Assembly: GCA_963739465.1 (NCBI GenBank)
Contig: CAVUAS010000005.1
Span: 218,261-282,260, forward strand
Direction of reading: 5' to 3'
DNA length: 64,000 bases
Source of the DNA: an uncultured Actinomycetota bacterium
GTDB taxonomy: Bacteria; Actinomycetota; Actinomycetes; Mycobacteriales; Pseudonocardiaceae
A program made the translations under genes and the position numbers. Numbering within the stretch: the stretch's first letter is position 1; each line of letters opens with the position of its first letter. The notes under the pieces were generated by a model, which ran no database searches, had not been told where the DNA came from, and saw only the letters and a list, made by a program, of their open reading frames with translations. Below are positions 41,500 through 51,620 of the stretch, one piece after another.

Positions 41500-43005
41500 A
41501 TGCTCGACCGCGTCGACCCGCAGTTCCGCGCGCTGCCGCTCGCCGCCCTCGCCGACGCCGCGCTCGACCGCGCCCGGGCCCGCGGCGCCCAGCACGCCGA
41601 CGTCCGCGTCGAGCGAATCCTCACCCAGACGATCTCGCTGCGCGACGGCTCGGTCACGGGTGTCGTCGACGAGACAGTGGTCGGGCTCGCCGTCCGGGTG
41701 CTGGTCGACGGCGTCTGGGGCTTCGCCTCCCACGACGACCTCACCCCCGAGCGCGCCGCTGCCACCGCCGAGCAGGCCGTCCAGGTGGCCCGCACCCTCG
41801 CCCCGGTCGCGCGGGAGCGGGTCGAGCGGGCCGCCGAGCCCGTCCACGCCGACGCCGTGTGGGTATCCGCGTACACGCGCGACCCGTTCGACGTGCCGAC
41901 CCGCGACAAGGTCGCCCTGCTCACCGAGTGGTCCCGCCGCCTGCTCGCGTCCGACGGCGTCGACCACGTCCAGACCGGCGTCGCCCAGGTCCGCGAGTGC
42001 AAGTTCTACGCCGACCTCGCGGGTACCTCGACGCTCCAGCAACGCGTCCGGATCGCGCCGACCCTCACCGCCACCGCCGTCGACCGCGCCGAAGGCGGCT
42101 TCGAGACCATGGACTCGCTCGCCGCCCCCGCAGGCCGCGGCTGGGAGTACCTCACCGGCGACGGCTGGGACTTCGACGCCGAGCTCGCCGCCATCCCCGA
42201 GCTGCTCGCCGAGAAGACCAAGGCGCCCAGCGTCGTCGCGGGCCCGTACGACCTGGTCATCGACCCGACCAACCTCTGGCTCATCATCCACGAGTCGGTC
42301 GGTCACGCCACCGAGTACGACCGCGCCATCGGCTACGAGGCCGCCTATGCGGGCACGAGCTTCGCCACCCCCGACAAGCTCGGGACGCTGCGCTACGGCT
42401 CGGACCTCATGCACGTCACCGGCGACCGCACGATCGCGCACGGCCTGGCCACCATCGGCTTCGACGACGACGGCGTGGCCACCACCGAGTGGGACCTCGT
42501 GCGCGACGGCGTGCTCGTCGGCTACCAGCTCGACCGCACCTTCGCGCCCCGTCTCGGCCTCGCCCGCTCCAATGGCTGCGCCTTCGCCGACTCCCCGCAT
42601 CACGTGCCGATCCAGCGGATGGCGAACGTCTCCCTGCAGCCCGCGCAGCAGAACGTCACCACCGACGACCTCATCGCGGGCGTCGAGCGGGGGATCTACG
42701 TGGTCGGCGACAAATCCTGGTCGATCGACATGCAGCGCTACAACTTCCAGTTCACCGGCCAGCGGTTCTTCCTGATCGAGAACGGTGCGCTCGCCGGGCA
42801 GCTGCGCGACGTCGCCTACCAGGCCACCACCACCGACTTCTGGGGCTCGCTCGACGGCCTCGGCGGCGCGTCGACCTGGGTGCTCGGCGGGGCGATGAAC
42901 TGCGGAAAGGCCCAGCCGGGGCAGGTCGCGGCGGTGAGCCACGGGTGCCCGTCGGCGCGCTTCCGCGGCGTCAACGTGCTCAACACGCGTGAGGAGGGCC
43001 GGTGA
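41500..43005 (+). CDS. tldD: TldD metalloprotease
   Basis: IHESVGHATEYDR (HExxxH), QRMANVSL, CGKAQPGQ, SHGCP. Confidence 0.93.
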   Translation: MLDRVDPQFRALPLAALADAALDRARARGAQHADVRVERILTQTISLRDGSVTGVVDETVVGLAVRVLVDGVWGFASHDDLTPERAAATAEQAVQVARTLAPVARERVERAAEPVHADAVWVSAYTRDPFDVPTRDKVALLTEWSRRLLASDGVDHVQTGVAQVRECKFYADLAGTSTLQQRVRIAPTLTATAVDRAEGGFETMDSLAAPAGRGWEYLTGDGWDFDAELAAIPELLAEKTKAPSVVAGPYDLVIDPTNLWLIIHESVGHATEYDRAIGYEAAYAGTSFATPDKLGTLRYGSDLMHVTGDRTIAHGLATIGFDDDGVATTEWDLVRDGVLVGYQLDRTFAPRLGLARSNGCAFADSPHHVPIQRMANVSLQPAQQNVTTDDLIAGVERGIYVVGDKSWSIDMQRYNFQFTGQRFFLIENGALAGQLRDVAYQATTTDFWGSLDGLGGASTWVLGGAMNCGKAQPGQVAAVSHGCPSARFRGVNVLNTREEGR

Positions 43006-44366
43006 CCCCGCAGGAGATCGTCGAGCGCGCGCTCACGGCGGGCGGGCACCTGCACGGCTGCGCGGTGCTCGTCCGGGAGACGAGCGAGGCGGTGCTGCGC
43101 TGGGCCAACTCGACCATGACGACCAACGGCCACAGCACCGCCACGCACGTCACGGTGATCGCGTTCGTCGCGGTGGACGGCGGCGTGGCGGCGGGCGTCG
43201 TGGGGGCGGCGGCCCTGGCCGACCCGGCCCAGCTCGTCGCCGCCGCCGAAGCCGCCGCCCGCGACGCCGGACCGGCCGACGACGCCGCCCCGCTGCCCGA
43301 ACCGACCGCCGACGACCCGACGTGGGCCGACGCCGCCGACGGCACCACGGTCGGCGTCTTCGAGAAGCTCGCGGGCGACCTCGGCGCCGTCTTCGACAGC
43401 CCGCAGCGGCACTACGGCTTCGCCAGCCACGAGATCGTGACCACCTGGCTCGGCACCTCCACCGGCATCCGCCGCCGCTGGGTGCAGCCCACGGGCTCCG
43501 TCGAGCTGAACGTCAAGACGTCCGACCTGGCCTCGTCGGCGTGGGCGGGTGCGTCGACCGTCGACTTCACCGACGTCGACACCGCCGCCCTCGCCGACGC
43601 CGCCGCGCACAGGCTGGAGTGGGGCGCCCGGCGCATCACCCTGCCCGCGGGCCGCTACGACACGCTGCTGCCGCCGTCCGCCGTCGCCGACCTCATGATC
43701 TACCTGGCCTGGTCGATGGAGGGTAGGCCCGCGCAGGAGGGGCGCAGCGCGCTCTCCGGGCCGGACGGGCTGCGCGTCGGCGAGCGGCTCACGGCCCTGC
43801 CGCTGAACCTGGCCTGCGACCCGGCCGCGCCCGGGCTGGAGTACGAGCCGTTCCTCACCACCACGCGCTCGGGCGAAGGCATCAGCGTCTTCGACAACGG
43901 CGCGCCCACCCGGCGCGTCGACTGGGTGCGTGAGGGCGTCATCACAGAACTCGCCTACTCCCGCGCGGAGGCCGCCGAGTTCGGCGCATCGTTCACGCCA
44001 CCGGGCGACAACCTGCTGCTCACGGGGGGCGCGGACGGCTCGCTCGACGACCTCGTCGCCGCCACCGACCGCGGCCTCCTGCTCACCTGCCTCTGGTACA
44101 TTCGGCTCGTCGACCCCACGACGCTGCTGCTCACCGGGCTCACCCGGGATGGCGTCTACCTGGTCGAACACGGTGAGGTGGTCGCCGAGGTCGACCACAA
44201 CTTCCGGTTCAACTACTCCCCGCTCGACGTCCTACGCCGCGCAACCCAGGTCGGCGCCGCCGAGCGAACGCTCCCGCGGGAGTGGAAGGACTGGTTCACA
44301 AGGGCGGCAATGCCCCCGGTGCGGGTGCCCGAGTTCTTCATGTCGTCGGTGTCGCTGGGCCGCTGA
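43002..44366 (+). CDS. TldE/PmbA partner subunit
   Basis: Coupled to tldD; [30 protein letters not shown]; no HExxxH motif. Confidence 0.88.
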   Translation: MTPQEIVERALTAGGHLHGCAVLVRETSEAVLRWANSTMTTNGHSTATHVTVIAFVAVDGGVAAGVVGAAALADPAQLVAAAEAAARDAGPADDAAPLPEPTADDPTWADAADGTTVGVFEKLAGDLGAVFDSPQRHYGFASHEIVTTWLGTSTGIRRRWVQPTGSVELNVKTSDLASSAWAGASTVDFTDVDTAALADAAAHRLEWGARRITLPAGRYDTLLPPSAVADLMIYLAWSMEGRPAQEGRSALSGPDGLRVGERLTALPLNLACDPAAPGLEYEPFLTTTRSGEGISVFDNGAPTRRVDWVREGVITELAYSRAEAAEFGASFTPPGDNLLLTGGADGSLDDLVAATDRGLLLTCLWYIRLVDPTTLLLTGLTRDGVYLVEHGEVVAEVDHNFRFNYSPLDVLRRATQVGAAERTLPREWKDWFTRAAMPPVRVPEFFMSSVSLGR

Positions 44367-44543
44367 GGGCCCACCGTTCGGCGAAATCCGCCCGCCGCTA
44401 CTCCAATCGGCCGTCGCGCTCGGCTGTTGCAGAGCCACCGTCCGTCGCACCACGGCGTGGCGATCCATACCCCGACGGCGCACATGCCGTTGACTGGACG
44501 TGCGCAACGACGCGCGGTTCTCATGAGAAGAAGGAGCCCAACC

Positions 44544-44846
44544 GTGTCGTTCGACGTGGTGAGTGCTTACACCCTGCTCGTCGGTGACGGCGAGGGTCCG
44601 CCCAGTGTCAGCGTGCACAACACTGCTGACGAGGCCTGGCGGGCACTGGACAAGGAGGTTCGCAGCCGCTGCTGGATGCGCCCGCGCCCGCGGCGCAAGA
44701 TGGACGCCGAGGCGGCCACCCGGCTGGCCAACGCCTGGCGTGCGGGTGACCCCGAAAACCGCTACTGGAACGTGACGGTCCACCGGCTGCCGGTCCCGCT
44801 CCCCGTGATCGCCCGCTCCGCCACGGCCGGGGCCGCCGCCCGCTAG
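44544..44846 (+). CDS. Small hypothetical protein
   Basis: AAGGAG RBS, GTG start, 100 aa. Confidence 0.65.
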   Translation: MSFDVVSAYTLLVGDGEGPPSVSVHNTADEAWRALDKEVRSRCWMRPRPRRKMDAEAATRLANAWRAGDPENRYWNVTVHRLPVPLPVIARSATAGAAAR

Positions 44847-44925
44847 CCCCACCCCGCCACGGCCGGGGCCGCCGACCGCTGCCCCACCCCGCCACGGTGA
44901 GTCGCGCGTTTCGCCACGGTGAGTT
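44820..44925. repeat. 36/35-bp tandem duplication of the gene 3' end, running into two units of the 22-bp family
   Basis: GCCACGGCCGGGGCCGCCG(C/A)CCGCT(A)GCCCCACCCC twice; GAGTC at 44899 and GAGTT at 44921. Confidence 0.75.
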
Positions 44926-44959
44926 CGGCGAACGTGCACACGACAACTCGCCGGACGGG

Positions 44960-46426
44960 TCAGCGGAACGCCGCGATCACCGGCGCCGTGCGGCTGATCG
45001 GCTCGGTGTCGGCCAGGTCCACGAGCCGCACGGCCACCTCCGCGACCCCGGCCTCCGCCAGCTCGCGGAACCGCCCGATCTGGTCGTCGACCGTGCCCGC
45101 GTGCACCGCGGCCGCCCACCGCGCCGGGTCCGCGCGGCGGGGACGATGCCGGGCGACCAGCGCGTCGAGCTCGGCGGGATCCCGGGCCACCAGCGCGGTG
45201 GTCAGATGCGACAGCGCCACCTCCCGCCCCGCCGCCGCGCAGTGCGCGCGCAGCACGGCGGCCTTGCGCGCGACCGTCGGCAGGTCGCCCAGCACGTTTG
45301 CCGCGTCCGCATAGCGCGCGGCAAGGGCCAGCGTCCGCCGCTCCCCCTCGCCGCCCAGCAGGATCGGCACCCGTTCCTGCAGCGGGCGGGGATAAGCGGC
45401 GGTGTCGGGCAGGTCCAGCACCTGACCCCGAAACGGCTTGCCGCCCGGCCCCCAGAGCACCGGCAGCGCCGCGAGCGCGTCCTCGAGCAGGGCATACCGC
45501 TCCCGGACCGACGGGAACGGCCACCCGTACGCTCGGTGCTCCGCGGCGAACCAGCCCAGCCCGAGCCCGCACACCGCCCGCCCGCCGGACAGCACGTCCA
45601 GCGTTGCGATGATCTTGGCGAGATGCCCGACGTTGCGGTGCGTCACGCCCGCGACGAGCGCGCCCAGCCGCACGCGCGACGTGCACGCCGCCAACCAGGC
45701 GAGCGTCGTGAAGCTCTCCAGGAAGTCCTCCCACGCCCGTCCGACCTGGGGGATCTGGCGGAAGTGGTCCATGGTGTAGATCGCGTCGAAGCCCGCGTCC
45801 TCCGCCGCGGCGGCAATGGCGCGGAGCCGCGGCGCGAGGGTCGCCGCGCCGCCGGGGAACGCCGAGAGGTGCAGTGCGAACCGCAGCCCCACCGGCTCGG
45901 CCCGCTGTCGCTGCGCGGCCGCATCCGAGCGCGCGAACGTGTCCGGCACCACCCGGACGGGCTCGGGCCGGAGCACGCGGTCGAAGCCCTCGCCGTCGAG
46001 CGCGTCGCGGACCGCGGGCCAGGCGCGTAGCTGGGCCGTCAGCGCGGCGGCGGGAACCGGGTGGGGGCGGGCGCGGTTGCGGGCCCGGCAGACGACGGCG
46101 GCGGTGTCGACGGCGACCGCGACGCACGCCATCCCGTACGTCCGTGCGAGCGTTCGCCACCGGGCGCGGCGATCGGCGTCCATGCCGGTCGTGTCGATGA
46201 CGGTGGTCAACCCGCGGGCCACCCGGCGGGTGACGATCTCCTCGAGCAGCGCGAACGCGTCGACACTCGCGGCGATGTCGTCCTCGCCCGCGCCGACGAC
46301 GCCGCGTAGCGCGTCCGAGGAGACGACGGCCGACGACGGGAAGTGGGTCGCCGCCCACGTCGACTTCCCCGACGCGACGGGTCCGGCCAGCACCACCAGG
46401 CACGGCGAGGGCAGCAGCAGCGGCAC
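44960..46426 (-). CDS. Fusion: polynucleotide-kinase-like P-loop domain plus LLM-class (probably F420-dependent) oxidoreductase
   Basis: GPVASGKS, SSDALR, VIDTT, RNRAR in the N-terminal part; MDHF, ESFTTLAWLAA, GRAVCGLGLGW, PILLGGEGE in the C-terminal part. Confidence 0.85.
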   Translation of the reverse strand: MPLLLPSPCLVVLAGPVASGKSTWAATHFPSSAVVSSDALRGVVGAGEDDIAASVDAFALLEEIVTRRVARGLTTVIDTTGMDADRRARWRTLARTYGMACVAVAVDTAAVVCRARNRARPHPVPAAALTAQLRAWPAVRDALDGEGFDRVLRPEPVRVVPDTFARSDAAAQRQRAEPVGLRFALHLSAFPGGAATLAPRLRAIAAAAEDAGFDAIYTMDHFRQIPQVGRAWEDFLESFTTLAWLAACTSRVRLGALVAGVTHRNVGHLAKIIATLDVLSGGRAVCGLGLGWFAAEHRAYGWPFPSVRERYALLEDALAALPVLWGPGGKPFRGQVLDLPDTAAYPRPLQERVPILLGGEGERRTLALAARYADAANVLGDLPTVARKAAVLRAHCAAAGREVALSHLTTALVARDPAELDALVARHRPRRADPARWAAAVHAGTVDDQIGRFRELAEAGVAEVAVRLVDLADTEPISRTAPVIAAFR

Positions 46427-46548
46427 GGCCGCAGCCTGGCGCACATCCCTGGGCCGCCGCCACCGCTCCGACGCGCACCCGCGTCGGCCGGTGCAGCGCG
46501 GCCGCCCGGCCCCGAAGGCCGGGCGGCGCCAGGGGTGCCGAGACCTCC

Positions 46549-46745
46549 AGCTCACCGTGGGAAGAAGCGCGACTCACCGTGCCGGGAAGGGCGACTCACC
46601 TGCCCCTGGAGGCCGACTCACCCGCCCCTGGAGGCCGACTCACCGTGCCGAAAAGGGCGACTCACCCGTGCCGAGGTGGCCGACTCACCGTGCCGAGGTG
46701 GCCGACTCGCCGTGTCGGGATGGTGGACTCACCGTGCCGGGGGGC
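46549..46745. repeat. 22-bp-period tandem array (about 9 units, GACTCACC core)
   Basis: GACTC at 46571, 46593, 46615, 46637, 46659, 46682, 46704 and 46726, plus a degenerate first unit. Confidence 0.88.
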
Positions 46746-46749
46746 GGGC

Positions 46750-47163
46750 TTACTCCTGCGGGGTCACCGGGCGGGGGTCGACGCCGCGTTCGGCCAGCTT
46801 CTCGGTGACGTGCTCGCTGATCGTGTCGGCCTTGCGCCGCTCCCGCACGCGGATGAGCACCAGCATGGAGATGCCGTACGCGATGCCCAGCACCAGCAGC
46901 ACGATCCCTAGCCGCAGGACGAAGCTCTGCAGGGGCTGGTCCTGCAGCTCGCCGATGTTGACGATCGAGATGATCGCCAGCACGCCGAGCGTGATGAGGT
47001 GGAACAGCACCGAGAGGAGCAGGTTCACCGACCGGGTGACCGCCTTGTCGCGGAACACCTCGGACAGGAACGGCTCACCCGCCCTGACGAGCAGCTGCCC
47101 GACCACGAAGGTCAGGATGACCGACACGATGAGCAGGGCGATGTACTGGGCAGTCCCGCTCAT
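46750..47163 (-). CDS. Small integral membrane protein (3 TM)
   Basis: GGAGG RBS; three hydrophobic helices. Confidence 0.75.
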   Translation of the reverse strand: MSGTAQYIALLIVSVILTFVVGQLLVRAGEPFLSEVFRDKAVTRSVNLLLSVLFHLITLGVLAIISIVNIGELQDQPLQSFVLRLGIVLLVLGIAYGISMLVLIRVRERRKADTISEHVTEKLAERGVDPRPVTPQE

Positions 47164-47288
47164 GGTGGCCTCCTGAAACCGCCGATGCTGAGGTGACGCT
47201 ACGCGCAACCGGGCGAACCCGACAACGCCGGCGCGCCGCCGTCCGCCGGGTACCCGGTCCGGTCGCCTGCTACCCGTTCCCGGCCGGT

Positions 47289-47330
47289 AACACGTCCGTC
47301 ACGTCGATCAACACGTCCGTCACGTCGATC
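47289..47330. promoter_or_regulatory. Perfect 21-bp direct repeat upstream of pckG
   Basis: AACACGTCCGTCACGTCGATC twice. Confidence 0.55.
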
Positions 47331-47517
47331 GAGAAAGCAAAAGTGGCGAAAACGCTTCCGCTCTGACTGAATCGATTACCTGATCGGTTTTGTGAGTGGG
47401 ACGACAGCCTGCGCCCGGTTTCGCCCCGGTACCGTCGGGAAATACCAAATATCCCAGTGACACACCCGCACCGGTGCCGGGGCGGGTGTGTTCCGTTATA
47501 CGCAGAAGAAGGGCGCC

Positions 47518-49342
47518 ATGACGGCAGCGACCGTGCCAGGGATCGATGCGACGCCGACCGAGAACGATCGACTGCTCACCTGGGTGCGAGAGGTTGCGGA
47601 TCTGACCATGCCCGACCGCGTCGTGTGGTGCGACGACTCGGCCGAAGAGTGGGACCGCGTGACGTCCCAGCTCATCGCGGCGGGCACCTTCGTCAAGCTG
47701 AACGAGGACAAGAAGCCCAACTCGTTCTGGGCCGCCTCCGATCCCGACGACGTCGCCCGCGTCGAGGAACGCACCTTCATCTGCACGGCCACCGAGGACG
47801 GCGCCGGGCCCACCAACAACTGGGTCGACCCGGACGAGATGAAGTCGACGATGACCGATCTCTACCGCGGGAGCATGCGCGGCCGCACGATGTACGTCAT
47901 CCCGTTCTGCATGGGCCTCGCCGAGGCCGACCACCCGATGCTCGGGGTGGAGATCACCGATTCCGAGTACGTCGTCGCCTCCATGAAGATCATGACCCGG
48001 ATGGGCGCCGAGATTCTGCCGCTCTTCGCCGACCGCGGCGACGACTACGTCAAGTGCCTGCACTCGGTCGGCGCCCCGCTCGACGAGGGCCAGGCCGACG
48101 TCGCGTGGCCCTGCAACGAGACCAAGTACATCTCGCACTTCCCCGAAACCCGCGAGATCTGGAGCTACGGCTCCGGCTACGGCGGCAACGCCCTGCTGGG
48201 CAAGAAGTGCTACGCGCTGCGCATCGCGTCGGCCATCGCGCACGACGAGGGCTGGCTCGCCGAGCACATGCTGATCCTCAAGCTGATCTCGCCGGAGGAG
48301 AAGGCGTACTACATCGCCGCCGCCTTCCCCTCCGCCTGCGGCAAGACCAACCTCGCCATGCTGCAGCCCACGGTCCCGGGCTGGCGCGCCGAGACCATCG
48401 GCGACGACATCGCCTGGATGCGCTTCGGCGAAGACGGCCGCCTCTACGCCGTCAACCCCGAGTTCGGCTTCTTCGGCGTCGCGCCGGGCACCAACTGGAA
48501 GACCAACCCCAACGCCATGCGCACCATGGCCGCAGGCAACTCGATCTTCACGAACACCGCGCTCACCGACGACAGGCGATGTCTGGTGGGAGGGCATGGA
48601 GGGCGAGCCGCAGCACCTGACCTCGTGGACCGGCACCGACTGGACCCCGGAGTCGGACGAGCCCGCCGCCCACCCGAACTCCCGCTACACCATGCCGATC
48701 GGCCAGTGCCCCGTGGTCGCGCCCGAGTGGGAGGACCCGAACGGCGTGCCGATCTCGGCGATCCTGTTCGGCGGCCGACGCAAGAACACGGTGCCGCTGG
48801 TGACGCAGGCCCGCGACTGGCAGCACGGCACGTTCATGGGCGCCACCATGTCGAGCGAGAAGACCGCGGCGGCGGCGGGCGGCCTCGGCCAGGTGCGCCG
48901 CGACCCGATGGCCATGCTGCCGTTCCTCGGCTACCACGTGGGCGACTACTTCCGGCACTGGATCGACGTCGGCAAGTCCGCCGACGCGGGCAAGCTGCCG
49001 AAGATCTTCTACGTCAACTGGTTCCGCCGCGGCGACGACGGCCGGTTCCTGTGGCCCGGCTTCGGCGAGAACAGCCGCGTCCTCAAGTGGTGCGTCGAGC
49101 GCATTGAAGGCCGGGCCGCGGCCGTCGAGACGCCCGTCGGGCACGTGCCGAGGCCCGACCAGATCGATCTCGACGGCATCGACGTGGATCTCGACGACGT
49201 GGCCGCCGCACTGGCCGTCGACACCGAGGAGTGGCGCGAGGAGATCCCGCTCATCGAGGAGTGGTTCGCCCGGGTCGGGGACAAGCTGCCGACGTCGCTG
49301 CGCGACGAGCTGCAGGCGATGAAACTGCGTCTCGGTATGTAA
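47518..49342 (+). CDS. pckG: GTP-dependent PEP carboxykinase, with a +1 frameshift near 48574
   Basis: [41 protein letters not shown]; GACGAC-A-GGCGATGTCTGGTGGGAG restores DDGDVWWEG; [26 protein letters not shown] follow. Confidence 0.93.
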
Positions 49343-49420
49343 TCGATACACGGCGGGCCGTCCCGATCGGTCATATCATCCCGCGTGTCCGCACCGCCGA
49401 CCCCTGCGGGAGGGTCATCC

Positions 49421-49705
49421 ATGTCATCGTCGACGCCGCCTCCGGACGAGCGGGAGGGGCTGCGGTTCTCACCGTGGAACCTCCTGCTCCTCCTGCCGTT
49501 CCTCATGCTCGTCACGCCGTGGTTCAACATGCTGGAGCCGCGTCTTTTCGGGATGCCCTACTTCTACTGGGTGCAGTTCGTGTGGGTCGTGGTCGGCGTC
49601 GTCTCGGTGGGCGTCGTCTACGTCAAGACCCGTGACGAAGTGAACCCGGACGCCCCCGGCGAGGACATCGACGTGGACGAGCTCGACGAGGGGACGCGGC
49701 GATGA
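49421..49705 (+). CDS. DUF3311 small membrane protein (symporter partner)
   Basis: PRLFGMPYFYWVQF; overlaps the symporter start. Confidence 0.85.
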   Translation: MSSSTPPPDEREGLRFSPWNLLLLLPFLMLVTPWFNMLEPRLFGMPYFYWVQFVWVVVGVVSVGVVYVKTRDEVNPDAPGEDIDVDELDEGTRR

Positions 49706-51366
49706 ACTGGGTGGAGCTCGTCGTCTTCGCGGTGCTCTTCCTCGTGGTGACGGTCATAGGCTTCCTGGCCGCCCGCTGGCAGCGCGGCGACACCCTCGAC
49801 CACCTCGACGAGTGGGGGCTCGGCGGGCGCAAGTTCGGATCGTGGATCACCTGGTTCCTCGTCGGCGGCGATCTGTACACGGCCTACACGTTCGTCGCCG
49901 TGCCCGCGCTGCTGTTCGGGGCGGGCGCGACCGGGTTCTTCGCCCTCCCATACACGGTGATCCTCTACCCGATGGTGTTCCTGCCGGTGCTGCGGCTCTG
50001 GTCGGTCTCGCGCGTGCACGGGTACGTCACGCCCGCCGACTTCGTCCGCGGCCGGTACGGCAGCTCGGTGCTCGCGCTCTTGGTCGCGATCACCGGGCTG
50101 GTCGCGACCATGCCCTATATCGCGCTGCAGCTGGTCGGCCTCGAGGCCGTGCTGCGCACGATGGGGCTCAACGCGAGCGGCTTCCTCGGCCACCTTCCGC
50201 TGCTGGTGGCGTTCGTCATCCTGGCCGTCTACACCTACCAGTCCGGCCTGCGCGCTCCGGCGTTGATCGCGTTCGTCAAGGACATCCTGATCTACCTGGT
50301 GATCCTGGTGGCGGTGTTCTACCTTCCCGCCAAGCTCGGCGGCTGGGACGTGATCTTCTCGGCGGCGCAGAAGAAGATGGCGACACCGAACCCGGCGACG
50401 GGCCAGCCCACCGGTTCGATCCTGCTGACGCCGAACAACCAGCTCCAATACATCACGCTGGCACTGGGCTCGGCGCTGGCGCTCTTCCTCTACCCGCACT
50501 CGGTCACCGGCGTGCTGGCCAGCCGTGGCCGCAACGTGATCAAGCGCAACATGGTCGCGCTTCCGGCGTACTCGTTCCTGCTGGGTCTGCTCGCGCTGCT
50601 GGGCTACGTGGCGATCGCCGCGGGTGCCAAGCCGATCACCAACGGCGCCACCGGTCGTGCGGACGGCAACACGATCATTCCGGTGCTGTTCGACACGCAG
50701 TTCAACTCGCTGTTCGCGGGCGTCGCGTTCGCGGCCATCGGGATCGGCGCTCTGGTGCCCGCCGCGATCATGTCGATCGCCGCGGCCAACCTGTGGACAC
50801 GCAACATCTACAAGGAGTACCTCAAGCACGACGCCACGCCCGAGCAGGAGGCGCGGCAGTCCAAGCTCGCCTCGTTGGTCGTCAAGTTCGGGGCCGTGTT
50901 GTTCGTGCTGGCGATCGACCCGCAGTTCTCCATCGACCTGCAGCTCATCGGCGGCGTGATCATCCTGCAGACATTGCCCGCGGTGGCGATTGCTCTGTAT
51001 ACGCGCTGGCTGCACCGCTGGGCGCTGGTGGCGGGCTGGGTGGTCGGTTTGGGCTACGGGCTCTACCTCCTCTGGCTCATCCCCAACCCGGCGAGCGGCC
51101 GGGCGCACTTCGGCGGCTCGGCGCTCACGCTCGACAAGCTCACGCTGCTGGGCTGGCACCCGTTCGCCGGGTCGCCGGTGCAGGTCTACGTCGGCTTCGT
51201 CGCGCTGGTGCTCAACCTGGTCGTCGCGGTGCTGGTCACCCTGGCCTTGCGGGCGGGGCACGTGAGCGAGGGCGAGGACGCCACCCATCCGGCCGACTAC
51301 CACGCCGACGAGGGCTCCCCGCGGTTGCGCCCCGTAGCCCCCGCCGTGGCCGGAACTGCCGACTGA
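49702..51366 (+). CDS. Sodium:solute symporter, MctP-like monocarboxylate permease
   Basis: EWGLGGRKFG, GGDLYTAYTF, ATMPYIALQL, PAAIMSIAAANL; multiple TM helices. Confidence 0.9.
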   Translation: MNWVELVVFAVLFLVVTVIGFLAARWQRGDTLDHLDEWGLGGRKFGSWITWFLVGGDLYTAYTFVAVPALLFGAGATGFFALPYTVILYPMVFLPVLRLWSVSRVHGYVTPADFVRGRYGSSVLALLVAITGLVATMPYIALQLVGLEAVLRTMGLNASGFLGHLPLLVAFVILAVYTYQSGLRAPALIAFVKDILIYLVILVAVFYLPAKLGGWDVIFSAAQKKMATPNPATGQPTGSILLTPNNQLQYITLALGSALALFLYPHSVTGVLASRGRNVIKRNMVALPAYSFLLGLLALLGYVAIAAGAKPITNGATGRADGNTIIPVLFDTQFNSLFAGVAFAAIGIGALVPAAIMSIAAANLWTRNIYKEYLKHDATPEQEARQSKLASLVVKFGAVLFVLAIDPQFSIDLQLIGGVIILQTLPAVAIALYTRWLHRWALVAGWVVGLGYGLYLLWLIPNPASGRAHFGGSALTLDKLTLLGWHPFAGSPVQVYVGFVALVLNLVVAVLVTLALRAGHVSEGEDATHPADYHADEGSPRLRPVAPAVAGTAD

Positions 51367-51390
51367 ACCGTTTCGAACAGCGCGGACGAC

Positions 51391-51430
51391 CACTGGACGG
51401 CGCCGGGGTACCGCTCGGCTCCGTCCAGTG
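51391..51430 (+). terminator. Probable stem-loop terminator after the symporter
   Basis: CACTGGACGG...CCGTCCAGTG. Confidence 0.5.
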
Positions 51431-51620
51431 TGTCCGCACCGTGTTCGCCCGTGCGTGATCGTGTCCTCACTCGACGGAGTGGCCGACCGGCGCCGGGGGT
51501 GACCATCTCGGCGTCCGGCCGTTGCCCGGTAGCCCGATCGGCGTGCAACATTCTGTCGACTGTCGCGATACGAAGGGTGACCGTCGCCGTGACGTGGTGA
51601 CGGCGACGGGAGGTGACCAG

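Noticed and set aside
46549-46745. CRISPR array
   Set aside because: The period is only 22 bp, the variable parts are short and similar to each other, and no cas genes are present.
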